Part shown: piece after piece, positions 25,250 to 37,000 of the stretch
Numbering within the stretch: position 1 is the first letter of the stretch
Layout of the letters: each line of letters begins with the position of its first letter
Source of the DNA: Eledone cirrhosa
Taxonomy: Eukaryota
Assembly (NCBI GenBank): GCA_964016885.1
Contig: OZ024744.1
Location: forward strand, 32,612,001-32,676,000
DNA: 64,000 nt
Direction: 5' to 3'
Made by a program: the position numbers and the translations under genes
Notes under the pieces: model-generated
Told to the model about the DNA's origin: nothing
Databases searched by the model: none
The model's input: the letters and a program-made list of their open reading frames with translations, nothing else

Positions 25250-25696
25250 GAGGTTGGCGTAAAAGCCAAACTTGCTATCTTCAATTTGGTTTTCTTGCCA
25301 ACCCTTACCTATGGTCACGAATCTTGGGTAATGACCGAAAGAATACGATCGTGAATACAAGCGGCCGAAATGGGGTCTTTCGAAGTGTCTTTGGAATAAT
25401 GTAACTCGATAAAGTGAGTAGCTCTGAGATGAGAGAGTTACTCAGGTAGAGTCACTACTTCTCCGAATTGAGAGATAACAGCTCTGATACTATGGACATG
25501 TGGTTAGAATGTCTCAGTAAAGAATTGCTGGAGAGATTTTACGAGCAAACCCAACATGTAGGAGACCCAGGAATAAACCCTGAGCAATATGGTTGGATAA
25601 CATCCATGAGCTTGGCTAGTAACGCTTGGGAATCCAGCCGAATCAGTTGGAGACAGTTGCTTCTGACAGGATCCGTTGGAAGGAGTGTGCCTCCAC
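25250..25696 (+). mobile_element. RTE-clade LINE 3' fragment (Expander/Rex3-like)
   Basis: Decayed frame AKLAIF..FLPTLTYGHESWVMTERIRS.IQAAEMG; homologous to 44620-45176. Confidence 0.8.
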
Positions 25697-26580
25697 GAGA
25701 CTCCACTTCGACATTCTATAGAGGGTAGGTCTGCAGCAAGTGCGACGACACGCTCGGAGAAACTCTAGGCGTAGAGGAGGACGAACTGGCCAGTCTGTTC
25801 GGTAGGACCTTCCGCCCGGGACTGGACAACTTCCAAACGTCCCTGGCCTTGCAGTGCTACCGAGGAGCTCTACCAGTTCGCAGTTCGAGACAAGCTCTAC
25901 AGACACGGGCGCCCGGGAAGGGACCCTTCGAAAAAGATCTGTCCGAGATGCGTGCGCGACGAGGAAACCGTTGCGCACGCATTTGTATACTGCCCGGGAG
26001 TTACCAACCTGTTGGGCTATGTAGAACGACTATTGTGGGACCAATCCAGTTGACCACCGAGTCCATTGCCATGATCAAACCGCCACACTCCTTCAAAAAC
26101 GAGGGAGAGGCTGTTTTCCTATGTGTTATGGCTATGGTGAAAGAGGTTATATGGTGGACGAGGTTAAAAGGGCTGAGGTCAGACATCTTTCTCGCCGACG
26201 AGCAACTGATTCGTTTTTTCAAATATCATTTTGGAAGAAGAATGAGGATGGAGAGAGAGGTGCTGTACCCCAGCAAATTTTATAAAAGGTGGGTGAATGT
26301 GGCAAAGATGGCCCGAGTGGTTGGGCCTTCTCTCTATATAATCCTGTAGGTTGAGGAAAAAGAGGAAGAGAGGAAGGGAGTACTCACTCTTGGTGCTCCT
26401 GGAGATGAGGGTTGTACATTTTTTCGGGGTGTGTACAACCCCTGTGTAACACCTCCCCCCTATAGGGGATTTCAATTGTTATTTGTTATTGTATTAATAG
26501 TTTTATTTTCATATACCTGTATGTAAACTCGCCATTTGTATTTGTCCCCTTCTTGTGTGCCCTTGTGGCTAATAAAGAAA
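25697..26580 (+). mobile_element. Tx1-type LINE unit G, 3' fragment
   Basis: ORF2 C-terminus (stop 26349), AATAAA at 26571-26576, ATCT tract. Confidence 0.9.
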
Positions 26581-26599
26581 TTTATCTATCTCTCTATCT

Positions 26600-29500
26600 G
26601 CCTGTCGCGTGGAACATCACCGGTAAGATTTTTTGTAAATTTATATACGAAAAACAGAACAAATTGTTTGAAAAAACATATTATTTTGTAGATTAACCCC
26701 CAACCTGAATTGTCAGACGGGTGGTAATCCCCTTTAGGGGCGAAAATTTAATTTAAATATTGTTTTATATTATCAAATTTTGTCAACTATAAAACATGAA
26801 TAACAAGACAAGAACGCTGGTGAACGTCGACAGAGAAAAGAAAGAGAAAGAGGCAGATTTTAACGTTATATCTGCTTCTGTTACTATGGACGTCGCAATA
26901 GATACGACTGTCAACAAAGGGAAAAAAATATTGCCACTTGAAGATTGTACAATTTCTACCGTCGAAGCGGAGAAAAATGAAAACACAGGAATTAAACCCA
27001 TTAACATACATACACATGAAAAAAACAACATCAACAACTCCACAGGTACATCTACACATAAAGTTTCACCTCGTCAAGGAACTGAGATTTCCAACACCGA
27101 GGCTAACTACAATAACAACAACAACAAAAGCAACACCACACAAAAAAAATGTCTTTCGTTGAAACAGTGAACAAAAAACAAGATTTTATAAATCTTGACA
27201 TCTCCAATGCAAGAGATATGCTCCAGCAAGGGAGGAAATTTGTAACTTTCGAAGAGAAGGGTGGGTTTAGAAATGACTCACCCCTCGAAATAAAAGAAGA
27301 GACAGTTCAAAGGACAGTGACCTTTAGGACTGTATCCAATACCACGAGAAAGCCGATATTTGTTAGTTAAGGAGATATAGTAGATAACTTGAAGGAAATT
27401 CTTGCAAATATCGACTTTCTCCAACGAGAAAACAGTACGGAAGTGTTTCCGTACTGTTTAAAAGTGAAGCACTCGCCCCAAAACATTCTGTGACACCAAT
27501 GGTGTCAAAAGCATTCACATTTTTCCCTACATACATGGGAAAATGGACACAAAAAATAAAAATAAATATATACCACCAAACATTAACATCTGATATGATT
27601 CTTTCGATACGAAAGTCTATTAGACAAAGGTGGGCGGGTACTGATTTGGAGTTTCTGTTGCAAATGAGGCCGGAGAGAATCTCCAAAATACCCGAAAAAG
27701 TCGTCATCGACGACAACAACAAAATGAACATTTCGGTAGAAAGACGAACATTTCATTGCTTTCGCTGTAGTAGCACAACACACCTAAAATCCTCCTGCCC
27801 TTCACAAACACACCACAACAACATCATTAAAAAAACACTATTACCAACACCAACACCAAAACAACCACCACCACTAAAAGTACAACAACAAACGAAACTA
27901 GCAAACACACCAAAACAAACAACCACTCAACCAACAACAACAGAAACAACAGAGACAACACCCCTGAAGAACACAGCCCCACCCCATCCCACTCCATCAA
28001 ACACTACCACAAACACACACCGAAACACCACCACCACACAACATACCCCTACCCCACACGCCTTATGATGATTATTCATCGACGGATGAAGCTGCTTCTC
28101 CTTCTTTAAGTGAAGAAGAGGGAGAGCCGCGGAAATCTAAAAAACAAAAAAGAGACACCACAAACCCCCCAAAACTCCAATCACCAACCCCAACACACAA
28201 CCACAGACACAAACAACAACACAAACAACACCACAGTCAAACATCCCCCTACCAGCAAAACCAACACCGACACCACCCCAAACGCAAGCACCCACCATAA
28301 AAAGAAAACTCACGGACGAACAACACAAAAAAAAACAAACAACAATACGCATACATCAACACAAACAACAAGAGTTTGATGGAGGTCATCTCCCAAAACC
28401 CAAAGTGGAGACGGAGGGAAAACTTTCGTCAAAGCAGAATCGTCTCCACACCTAAAACTAATAAGGGTTTCGATAGAAATCTATCAGAAATTGAAAGAAC
28501 AATTTTCGCAGGATGTTGGCAACCCCTGTCAAAAACCTATTAACCGCGTCTTATTAAAATGTTTCCCCATCCAACCCAATACCCCTACCAGAACTGAAAT
28601 AGAGATTGAACAACCCGATCTCCAGGAAACGAAAAGGTAAGTGCACCTTTTCGTCCTTTTCGCCCTTTTCGCCAACTCTTCTCCACCAACATGGCTAGTT
28701 TACGAGTTGGAAGCGTGAATGTACGTGGCCTAGGGATGCCCTGGAAAAAGGGCCAACTTTTAAACGACCTTAGGTCACACGGTATGGATGTGATAGCCGT
28801 CACCGAGTCCAGGATCCACAACAGGCAGCAACTAACCCCCATCTTCGACAACTTTGAGATCTACGCATCTTTCTGTCAGCCAGGAGGTGTAGGGGGAGTG
28901 GTTGTCATGTTTCGGAAGAACCTGGACGTTGAAGTACAGCAAGTACACTTAGACCCGGAGGGTAGACTGGTAGTCCTAGACGTGAACAGTATCGGAGGTG
29001 GAGCCTTCAGACTGGTGGCCGTTTATGCTCCGACCGAGCAATCGCAATCACGGCCAGACTTCTTTAAGCGTATAGAATCTTTTCTGGGAACATCTCGCTC
29101 CTTACTTTAGTGGGGGACTGGAATGGTATCCTAGATGCACGATGGGACTATGTGGGAGTAGAGGGGGGTGCAACAGCCTCAAAACTTTAATCGGCCAATT
29201 CCAACTGGCCGATAGGTATCGATGGATTTCCCGACTGCACCACAGTGGACGTGGGCAAACCGCAGCGGGACATCTAGATCGTATTTAGATAGGTTCTTCA
29301 TTAGAGAGAGGGACAAGGAGATGTTAAGCTGTCCACGAATGCACATGGTTGCCTATTCAGATCACAAATTAGTCGTCTGCTTAGTCAACCGTGATGGAAC
29401 ACATAGACAAGGATCCGAACTCTGGAAGCTGAACGTGTCGTTGCCGGCACGTAAAGCTTACAGTGAACGGATAGAATCGATAGGGTATAGCAGAGAGTTA

Positions 29501-32230
29501 ACCTTAGAGAAAAACAGAATAGAAAGAGAACTAGTAGCCAAGGTAGAGGAGGCACTTAGAAGTGGCAATGCGACTAGAGTGTTAGCGTTGAGAACGGCAC
29601 TGGACCAGTTCTTTGATGCGAAATACGAAGGCATACGGTCAGAAGCAAAACACGTGCTCTAGGAAACAAAGGAGCGAAAGCTGTCAGCTGGGCCCGGGTG
29701 AGAGAGGCAAAAAGTGGCAACATGTACACGATTCGGACTTTGAAAGACCAAAACGGACGCGTATTACTTGACCCCAAGCAAATGTGCGCGGCCTGTCAGC
29801 AGCACTTTGCGCGACTGTTTGAGCAGAACGACGGTAAGCCGAACGTGGTAATGGACTTTAGTTTATACCTCGACGGCCCGCCGCGTCTCTCGAACACGGA
29901 CACCGAGTTCTGCGAAAGACCGATCACGTACACTGAAATTCGGGACGCTCTGGGCCGATGCGTGAAACGCAAATCACCAGGTCTAGATGGTCTACCCTAT
30001 GAGTTTTACATAGGCATAGCGTACTTGTTCTCTGGCGTCCTCGAAGACGTCTACTGCAATTGGCAGTAGAACGGGTGAATTTCCAGTTCTGCAGGCAAGG
30101 GCGTAGTAACGCTGATAAGGTAAGACGAGATCAAGGGGGTCGAAATTAACAACTTCAGGCCCATAACTCTGCTCAACACAGAGTTAAAGATTTTGGCCAA
30201 GGTGCTAGCGACGAGGTTGGCGCTTGTCGTCGAGAACCTAGTGGGGAAAGCGCAAACGTGTGCAATGCCGACCAGGTCTATACACGACAATCTCCACCTC
30301 ATGCGATACATCATAGAGAGGGTGGGTAGTAAACCCGGCTTCGGTGGGGCTCTGATCTATTTGGATCAGTCTAAGGCATTTGATAGGGTCGACAATCGAT
30401 ACTTGGAAGAGGTTCTCAAGGCGGCCGGCTTCGGTCCCGTTTTCAGAGGCTGGATCGAGGCGATGCACCCGAGCATCTGCTCAGGGGTCAAGGTGAACGG
30501 CTAACTATCGGAGCCGTTCGCAATCACGCGTTCCATTCGACAGGGATGCCGTCTCTCCTCCATTCTGTATGTATTGACTCTAGAGCCACTACTGCGGAAA
30601 TAGCAGCTGTTGTAGTGCATACCTCAAGAACCAGGACTGCGCAAAGCGGCGTCGGCTTATGCCGAGGTCGTGACTGCAATGGTGTCGATCACCTCGGAAA
30701 TCGGGGTGATCGGCAACTCACTGAAAGAATACGAAACGCTGACGGGAGCAAAATTAAACCCGGGAAAGTCTGTCGGTTTGCAACTCGGTACGTGGAGAGG
30801 AAAACCGATGATGTCCGACAGCGTCGTTGGGCGCTGGACGGACGGACCGGTAAAATTGCTCGGGGTCTGGTTCGGTCCAGACCTCCAGGTGGAGAAAACC
30901 TTAAACCAAGTCAGGGCCAATGTGTTTGCGCTCACCCAGAAGTGGGCAGAGTGCAAACTGGCCTTGAATGGTCGGGCGGAGGTGGAGAACACTTTCATAG
31001 CATCCTTCATCTACTACCGCTTGACTGTTGTGCCTTGTCCCCGTGAACACCTCGCCAAGATGGAACGCATGCTTTCTGTGGAAGTAGCAGGCTCCACTAG
31101 TGAGTAGATCCGTCTTCTGTCAGCATCTTTCCAACGGAGGGCTGGGAATGCTGTGGCTGATGATGTGGCATCTACAGGTATTCCTCACCGACCCCCAACC
31201 GGTGTGGGCACCGTTTGTGAGAGAGGCTTTCCGACAGCTCATCTCGCTGACGGAGCTGCAGTCCTGGGTCAATAAAAGACCGAAAACGATGGGCGCCTGG
31301 CACATTGAATGCGCTCAGGCGCTCACAGTCCTCTGGCAAGCGGGTGCAGCAATCAGTGGAGACTCCATTTCGACATTCTATAGAGGGATTGTACGTTACA
31401 AGGGTGACGACGTGCTCGGTGAGACTCTAGGCGTCGACGACGATGAGCTCACCAGTCTATTTGGTAGGACTTTCCGCCCGGGACCTATGGACAACTTCCA
31501 GAGCAGTGCTACCGAGGAGCTCTACATGTTCGTGACAAATCTACAGGCACAGACGCCCCGGCAGAGATCCTTCCAAGAGGACGTGTCCAAGATGTGCGCA
31601 GGACATTGAAACAGTCCTACACGCAATTGTACACTGCCCGGGCGTAACCAACATGTGGAACTATGCAGAACAACTGCTGTCGCGTATGGGACAAATCCAG
31701 TTGACTGCCAAGTCCATAGTAAGTATCAAACCGCCAGCCTCTTTCAAAAACGAAAGAGATGCGGTTTTCCTCTGTACGGTGGCTATGGTGAAAGAATATG
31801 GTGGACGAGATTGAGAGAACTGAGGACAGATGCCTTTCTCTCTGGACAACAACTCATTCCCTTCTTTAAGTATCACTTCAGAAGAAGAATCAGAGGGGAG
31901 AGAGAAGCACTGCACCCCAGTAAATTTACTGAAAGGTAGGTGAATGTGGCAAAAATGGCCCGAGTGATTGGGCTTTCTCTGTATATAAGCCTGTAGGTTG
32001 AAAAGGAGAGAGAAAGGAAGAAAGGGGCACTTGCACAACACGCTCCTGGAGTTGAGGGTTGTTCTATCGACGGGGTATTAAACAACCCATTTGTGGCGCT
32101 TCACCCCTTTTGGGTATTTCGATTGTTGTAATTGTTTGTTTTTATATTTTTTACACGACTGTATGTAAATTCCCCGGCATGTCTTTGTATTGTCCTCTTT
32201 TCTTATGTGCCCTTGTGGCAAATAAAGAAA
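26600..32230 (+). mobile_element. Tx1-type LINE unit H, full length, decayed
   Basis: ORF1 remnants 26796-28640 (CFRCSSTTHLKSSC), ORF2 remnants 28691-31996, AATAAA at 32221-32226, ATCT tract. Confidence 0.92.
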
Positions 32231-32815
32231 TATATCTATCTATCTATCCCCCTCGCACTTACTGTTACTGTTGCTGCTGCTGCTGCTGTTGTTGTTGTTC
32301 AAGTTGTTTTGTGTTGTGAACTAAAACAGATTTTGTTAATGACGGTCATGGACACTTCCCAAGGGAGGTAACAAGCTTCCTTAATACTGACCTTTGACCT
32401 TAAACGTACTCCCTAAATCCTGTAGGGCGTTCCTCGTGTCGATATTCCCTGATCGCTATATCACATGTTATGAAGTTGGGTAGTTTGGAATTATTTACTT
32501 CTTTTTTAATGTTGCTGTTGTTGGTTGGTTCGCTTTTGTTTTTGATTTGATATTTTGGGTGGGCTGGGGTTATTTTTTTAGGGGTTGATCTCTAGAGTGG
32601 TTTGTAAAGTCACTGGTGACCGCTTAGCAATGGAATAACAGAGGGGATGACAAAAAGAAAGAGAGGTAAATAGAGATACAGGGAAATTATGTATGCGTGT
32701 ATGAGAGAGAGGGGAGGGAGAAAGTATGTGAGAGAGAACAATCGAAAGAGATTTAAAAAAAGGTAAGAAAGTAAGAAAGAAAAGAAGGAAGATAGAAATA
32801 CAAAGAGATATAAAG

Positions 32816-32818
<3 letters not shown>

Positions 32819-32882
<64 letters not shown>

Positions 32883-32999
32883 ACTGGAGAGAACTCGTTC
32901 ATGGATCTCGGGAATTTTACCCACCTTATATAAATCTATATATATACATAAATAAATAAAGAGAGAGAGAGGTAGAGAGAGAGGGAGAGAGAGAGAGGT

Positions 33000-33070
<71 letters not shown>
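32819..33070. repeat. (GA)n microsatellites
   Basis: Directly visible at 32819-32880 and ~32960-33070. Confidence 0.9.
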
Positions 33071-33073
<3 letters not shown>

Positions 33074-33162
33074 GAAAACAAAAAAGCAAAGTGAGGCAGA
33101 AAGTAATTAAGAAAAGAATTGAAAGTATGAATGAAAAAAAAGGTAAGGAAGATATAATAATG

Positions 33163-33820
33163 ATTTCTTTATTAGCCACATAGGGCTCACATTAAGGAGA
33201 CATTAAAGACGGCACAGGACGATACAGTATGGGATTTGTGTGTAAAATAAAATTTGCAACCGAGATTTAGAAAAACATTTAAAACAAACATAACAAATTC
33301 CCCGAAGGGGATGAGAATCGAAGGGTCACTCGTGTAGAAATCCCACAAAAGCCACGGTCACCTTGTCTGCAATGGTAAAGGGCCCTCTCCCAGTCTTTCT
33401 ACACCAGCCTACAGGCGTATGTTCAAGGCAGGCCCATTAACACAGACCATGCTCGCCACTCTCACTCACCTTTCAACAAACTGGTTGGCATCACTTCCCT
33501 CTCCACCCTGATTTTCCTCTTCAAGTGAAACCTAAAAAAGTTAATGTGGGTTTCGCCAAAGAAAAAGATGGCTGCCTTCAACCCTTTCAAACTCATCCAC
33601 CACACGACCTCTTTCGCCATGGCCACCAGGCAGATTAAAAAGTTCCTGTCCTTCGCCTCTAAACGAGGACGGCGAGGCGATCTTCATAATGGACTCAGTT
33701 GATAGTTGGAAACGTTCTACACGTGACAGCAGGTGTTCGACATAAACACACAGGACAGCAATACTCGGTCACTCGACGAGTGCATGCAGGAAATCAGACA
33801 GGTCCGATTGACGGCACTTC
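33163..33820 (-). mobile_element. Tx1-type LINE unit I, 3' fragment of a divergent subfamily with an (ATT)n tail
   Basis: Reverse frame ends ...VASMVCVNGPALNIRL* (stop 33409-33411). AATAAA at 33168-33173 is followed by GAAATCATTATTAT. Confidence 0.8.
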
Positions 33821-33822
33821 TA

Positions 33823-34053
33823 CAGCGTTCTTTCCGAGTTATTCATGTTTTATAGTCAGCAAAATTTGATTTTTTTTAAACAACATTTAAATTAAATTTT
33901 CGCCCCTAAAGTGGCGAAATATGGGATTACCACCCGGCTGACAATTCGGATTGGTGGTTAATCTGCAAAATGATATGTTTTTTTAAACAATTAGTTCAGT
34001 TTTTGTATAGAAATTTACAAAAAAGCTTACCAGCGATGTTCTACACGTCAGGC
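33823..34053 (-). mobile_element. Tx1-type unit J: 5' UTR and first ORF1 codons of an H-type element
   Basis: Reverse complement aligns to 26600-26819. Confidence 0.8.
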
Positions 34054-34067
34054 AGATAGATAGATAA

Positions 34068-37000
34068 ATTTCTTTATTAGCCACAAGGGCACAAAAGAAG
34101 TGGTCAAATACAAATGGGGAGTTTACATACAGGTATATGAAAGTAAAACTATTAATAAAATAACAAATAACAATTGATATCCCCAATAGGAGGGAGGCGT
34201 TACACAGGGGTTGTACACACCCCGAAAAAATGTACAACCCTCATCTCCAGGAGCACCAAGAGTGAGTACTCCCTTCCTCTCTTCCTCTTTTTCCTCAACC
34301 TACAGGCTTATATAGAGAGAAGGCCAAACCACTCGGGCCATCTTTGCCACATTCACCTACCTTTTATAAAATTTGCTGGAGTACAGCACCTCTCTCTCCA
34401 TCCTGATTTTTCTTCCAAAATGATATTTGAAAAAACGAATCAGTTGCTCGCCGGAGAGAAAGGTGTCTGACCTCAGCCCTTTTAACCTCGTCCACCATAT
34501 AACCTCTTTCACCATAGCCATAACACATAGGAAAACTACCTCTCCCTCGTTTTTGAAGGAGTGTGGCGGTTTGATCATGGCAATGGACTCGGTGGTCAAC
34601 TGGATTGGTCCCACAATAGTCGTTCTACATAGCCCCACAGGTCGGTAACCCCCGGGCAGTATACAAATTCGTGCGCAACGGTTTCCTCGTCGCGCACGCA
34701 TCTCGGACAGATCTTTTTCGAAGGGTCCCTTCCAAGGCGCCCGTGTCTGTAGAGCTTGTCTCGAACTGGTAGAGCTCCTCGGTAGCACTGCAAGGCCAGG
34801 GACGTTTGGAAGTTGTCCATTGGTCCCGAGCGGAAGTTCCTACCGAACAGACTGGCCAGTTCGTCCTCCTCTAAGCCTAGAGTTTCTCCGAGCGTGTCGT
34901 CGCACTTGCTGCGGACCAACCCTCTATATAATGTCGAAGTGGAGTCTCCACTGATCGCCGGGTCCGTTAGCCAGAGGACTGTGAGCGCCTGAGCACATTC
35001 GATGTGCCAGTCGCCCATTTTCCTCGACCCAGGACCGCAGCTCGGTCAGCGAGACAGGTCGTGCGAAGGCTCGCCTCTCGAACGGGGCCCACACCGGTTG
35101 TCTGGTGAGGAATACGTGGAGGTGCCGCAGCCTGAGTGCGTGTTTGAGCATCGTCAGCCACGGCATCCCCAGCCCTCCGTTTGAAGGGTGTTGGAAGCAG
35201 ATGGATCTTCTCACCAAAGGAGCCCGTTTCTTCCAAAGGAATTGGAAGAGCGCGCGCTCCATTTTGGTGAGCGTTTTGGCTGGACAAGGCACGACGGTCA
35301 AACGGTAGTAGATGAGCAGCTTGACCGGTCCTTCCGTCCAGCGTCCGACGACGCCATCGGAAGGCATCGGTCTGCCTCTCCATGTTCCGAGTTGCAAACC
35401 GACGGATTTGTCCCGGTTCAGCTTCGCTCCTGTGAACCTTTCGTATTTCCCCAGTAAGGTGCTGATCTCCCCGATTTGCGAGGTGCTCAACACCATTACT
35501 GTCACGTCATCGGCGTAGGCCGACGCCGCTTTTCGTAGTCCCGGTTCCAAAGCGATGCCCTGCAATAGCTCCAACTTCCGCAGTAGTGGCTCGAGAGTCA
35601 GTACGTACAGAAGGGAGAAGAGAGGGCATCCCTGTCGGATGGATCGCGTGATATGGAACGGCTCCGAGAGGTAGCCATTCACCTTGACCCTTGAGCAGAT
35701 GTTGCTGCTGTGGATTGCAGCAATCCAGCCCCTGCAAACGGGTCCGAAGCCTGCCGCCTCGAGCACAGAATCCAGGTAACCATGGTCAACACTATCGAAA
35801 GCCTTATACTGATTCAAGTTGATCTGGGCCCCACCGAAGCCGGGTTTACACCCTACTCTCTCTATGATGTATCGCATGAGGTGGAGGTTGTCGTGTATGG
35901 ACCTGGTCGGGATTGTGCATGTCTGCGCTTCTCCCACCAGGTTTTCGACGACAAGCGCCAGCCTCTTTGCCAACACCTTGGCCAAAATCTGTAACTCTGT
36001 GTTGAGCAGAGTTATGGGCCGGAAGTTGCCTATGTCATCCCCCTTGTTCTCGTCCTTCCTGACTAACGTGATTACGCCCTTGGTCACAGAACTGGGAATT
36101 CTCCCGTTCTGCTGACAATCGCAGTAGACCGCTTCCAGGAGACCGGAGAACAAGTCCGGCATTGCTACGTAAAATTCGTAGGGTAGACCGTCGAGACCTG
36201 GAGATTTCCGTTTGCCGCATTGGCTCAGCGCGTCCCCTATCTTAGCGGCCGAAATCGGCCTTTCGCAGAACTTCGCCTCGCTGTCCGAGAGTTGCGGTAG
36301 GCCGTCGAGGTATAGACCGAAATCCATAGCCCCTCCAGGCGCGCCGCCCTGCCCTAACCGTTGAGCAAAGTGCCGCTGAAAGGCCGCGCACATTTGCTTC
36401 GGCTCACATATGACGCGTCCGTCTTGGTCCTTCAAAGACCGAATCGTGGACTTGTTGCCACTTTTCGCCTCCGTCACTCGGGCCCAGCTAACAGCTTTGG
36501 CTCCCTCGTTTCCCAGAGCACGTATTTTGCTTCTGGCAACGCAGCCTTCATGCCTTGCGTCGAAGAACTGGTCCAAGGCCGTTCTCGTCACTAGCACGCT
36601 GGCTACGTTGCCACTCCTAAGTGCCTTTTCTACTTTATCTACCAGTTCCTTTTCGGTCTTATTTCTATCTAACGCTAATTCTTTACTAAACCTATCGAGT
36701 CTAATCTAACTGCTCTCTTGAGAGAGTACCACCATCTGTTGTTAACAATGGCCCCCGTCAAGTGCTGCTTAACTAAAGTGCTAATCCGTCTACTGTAGGC
36801 TTTGCATGTCGGTAACGACAAGTTCAGCTTCAAGTCGCCGGGTCCCTGTTTATGGGTTTTGTCAAGGTTTACTAAGCAGGTCACTAATTTGTAATCTGAA
36901 TAGGCAACCATGAACATTTGTGGACAGCTTAACATGTCCCTATCCTTCTTTCTAACTAGAACCCTATCTAGGTACGATCTAGATGTTCCGCTACGATTAG

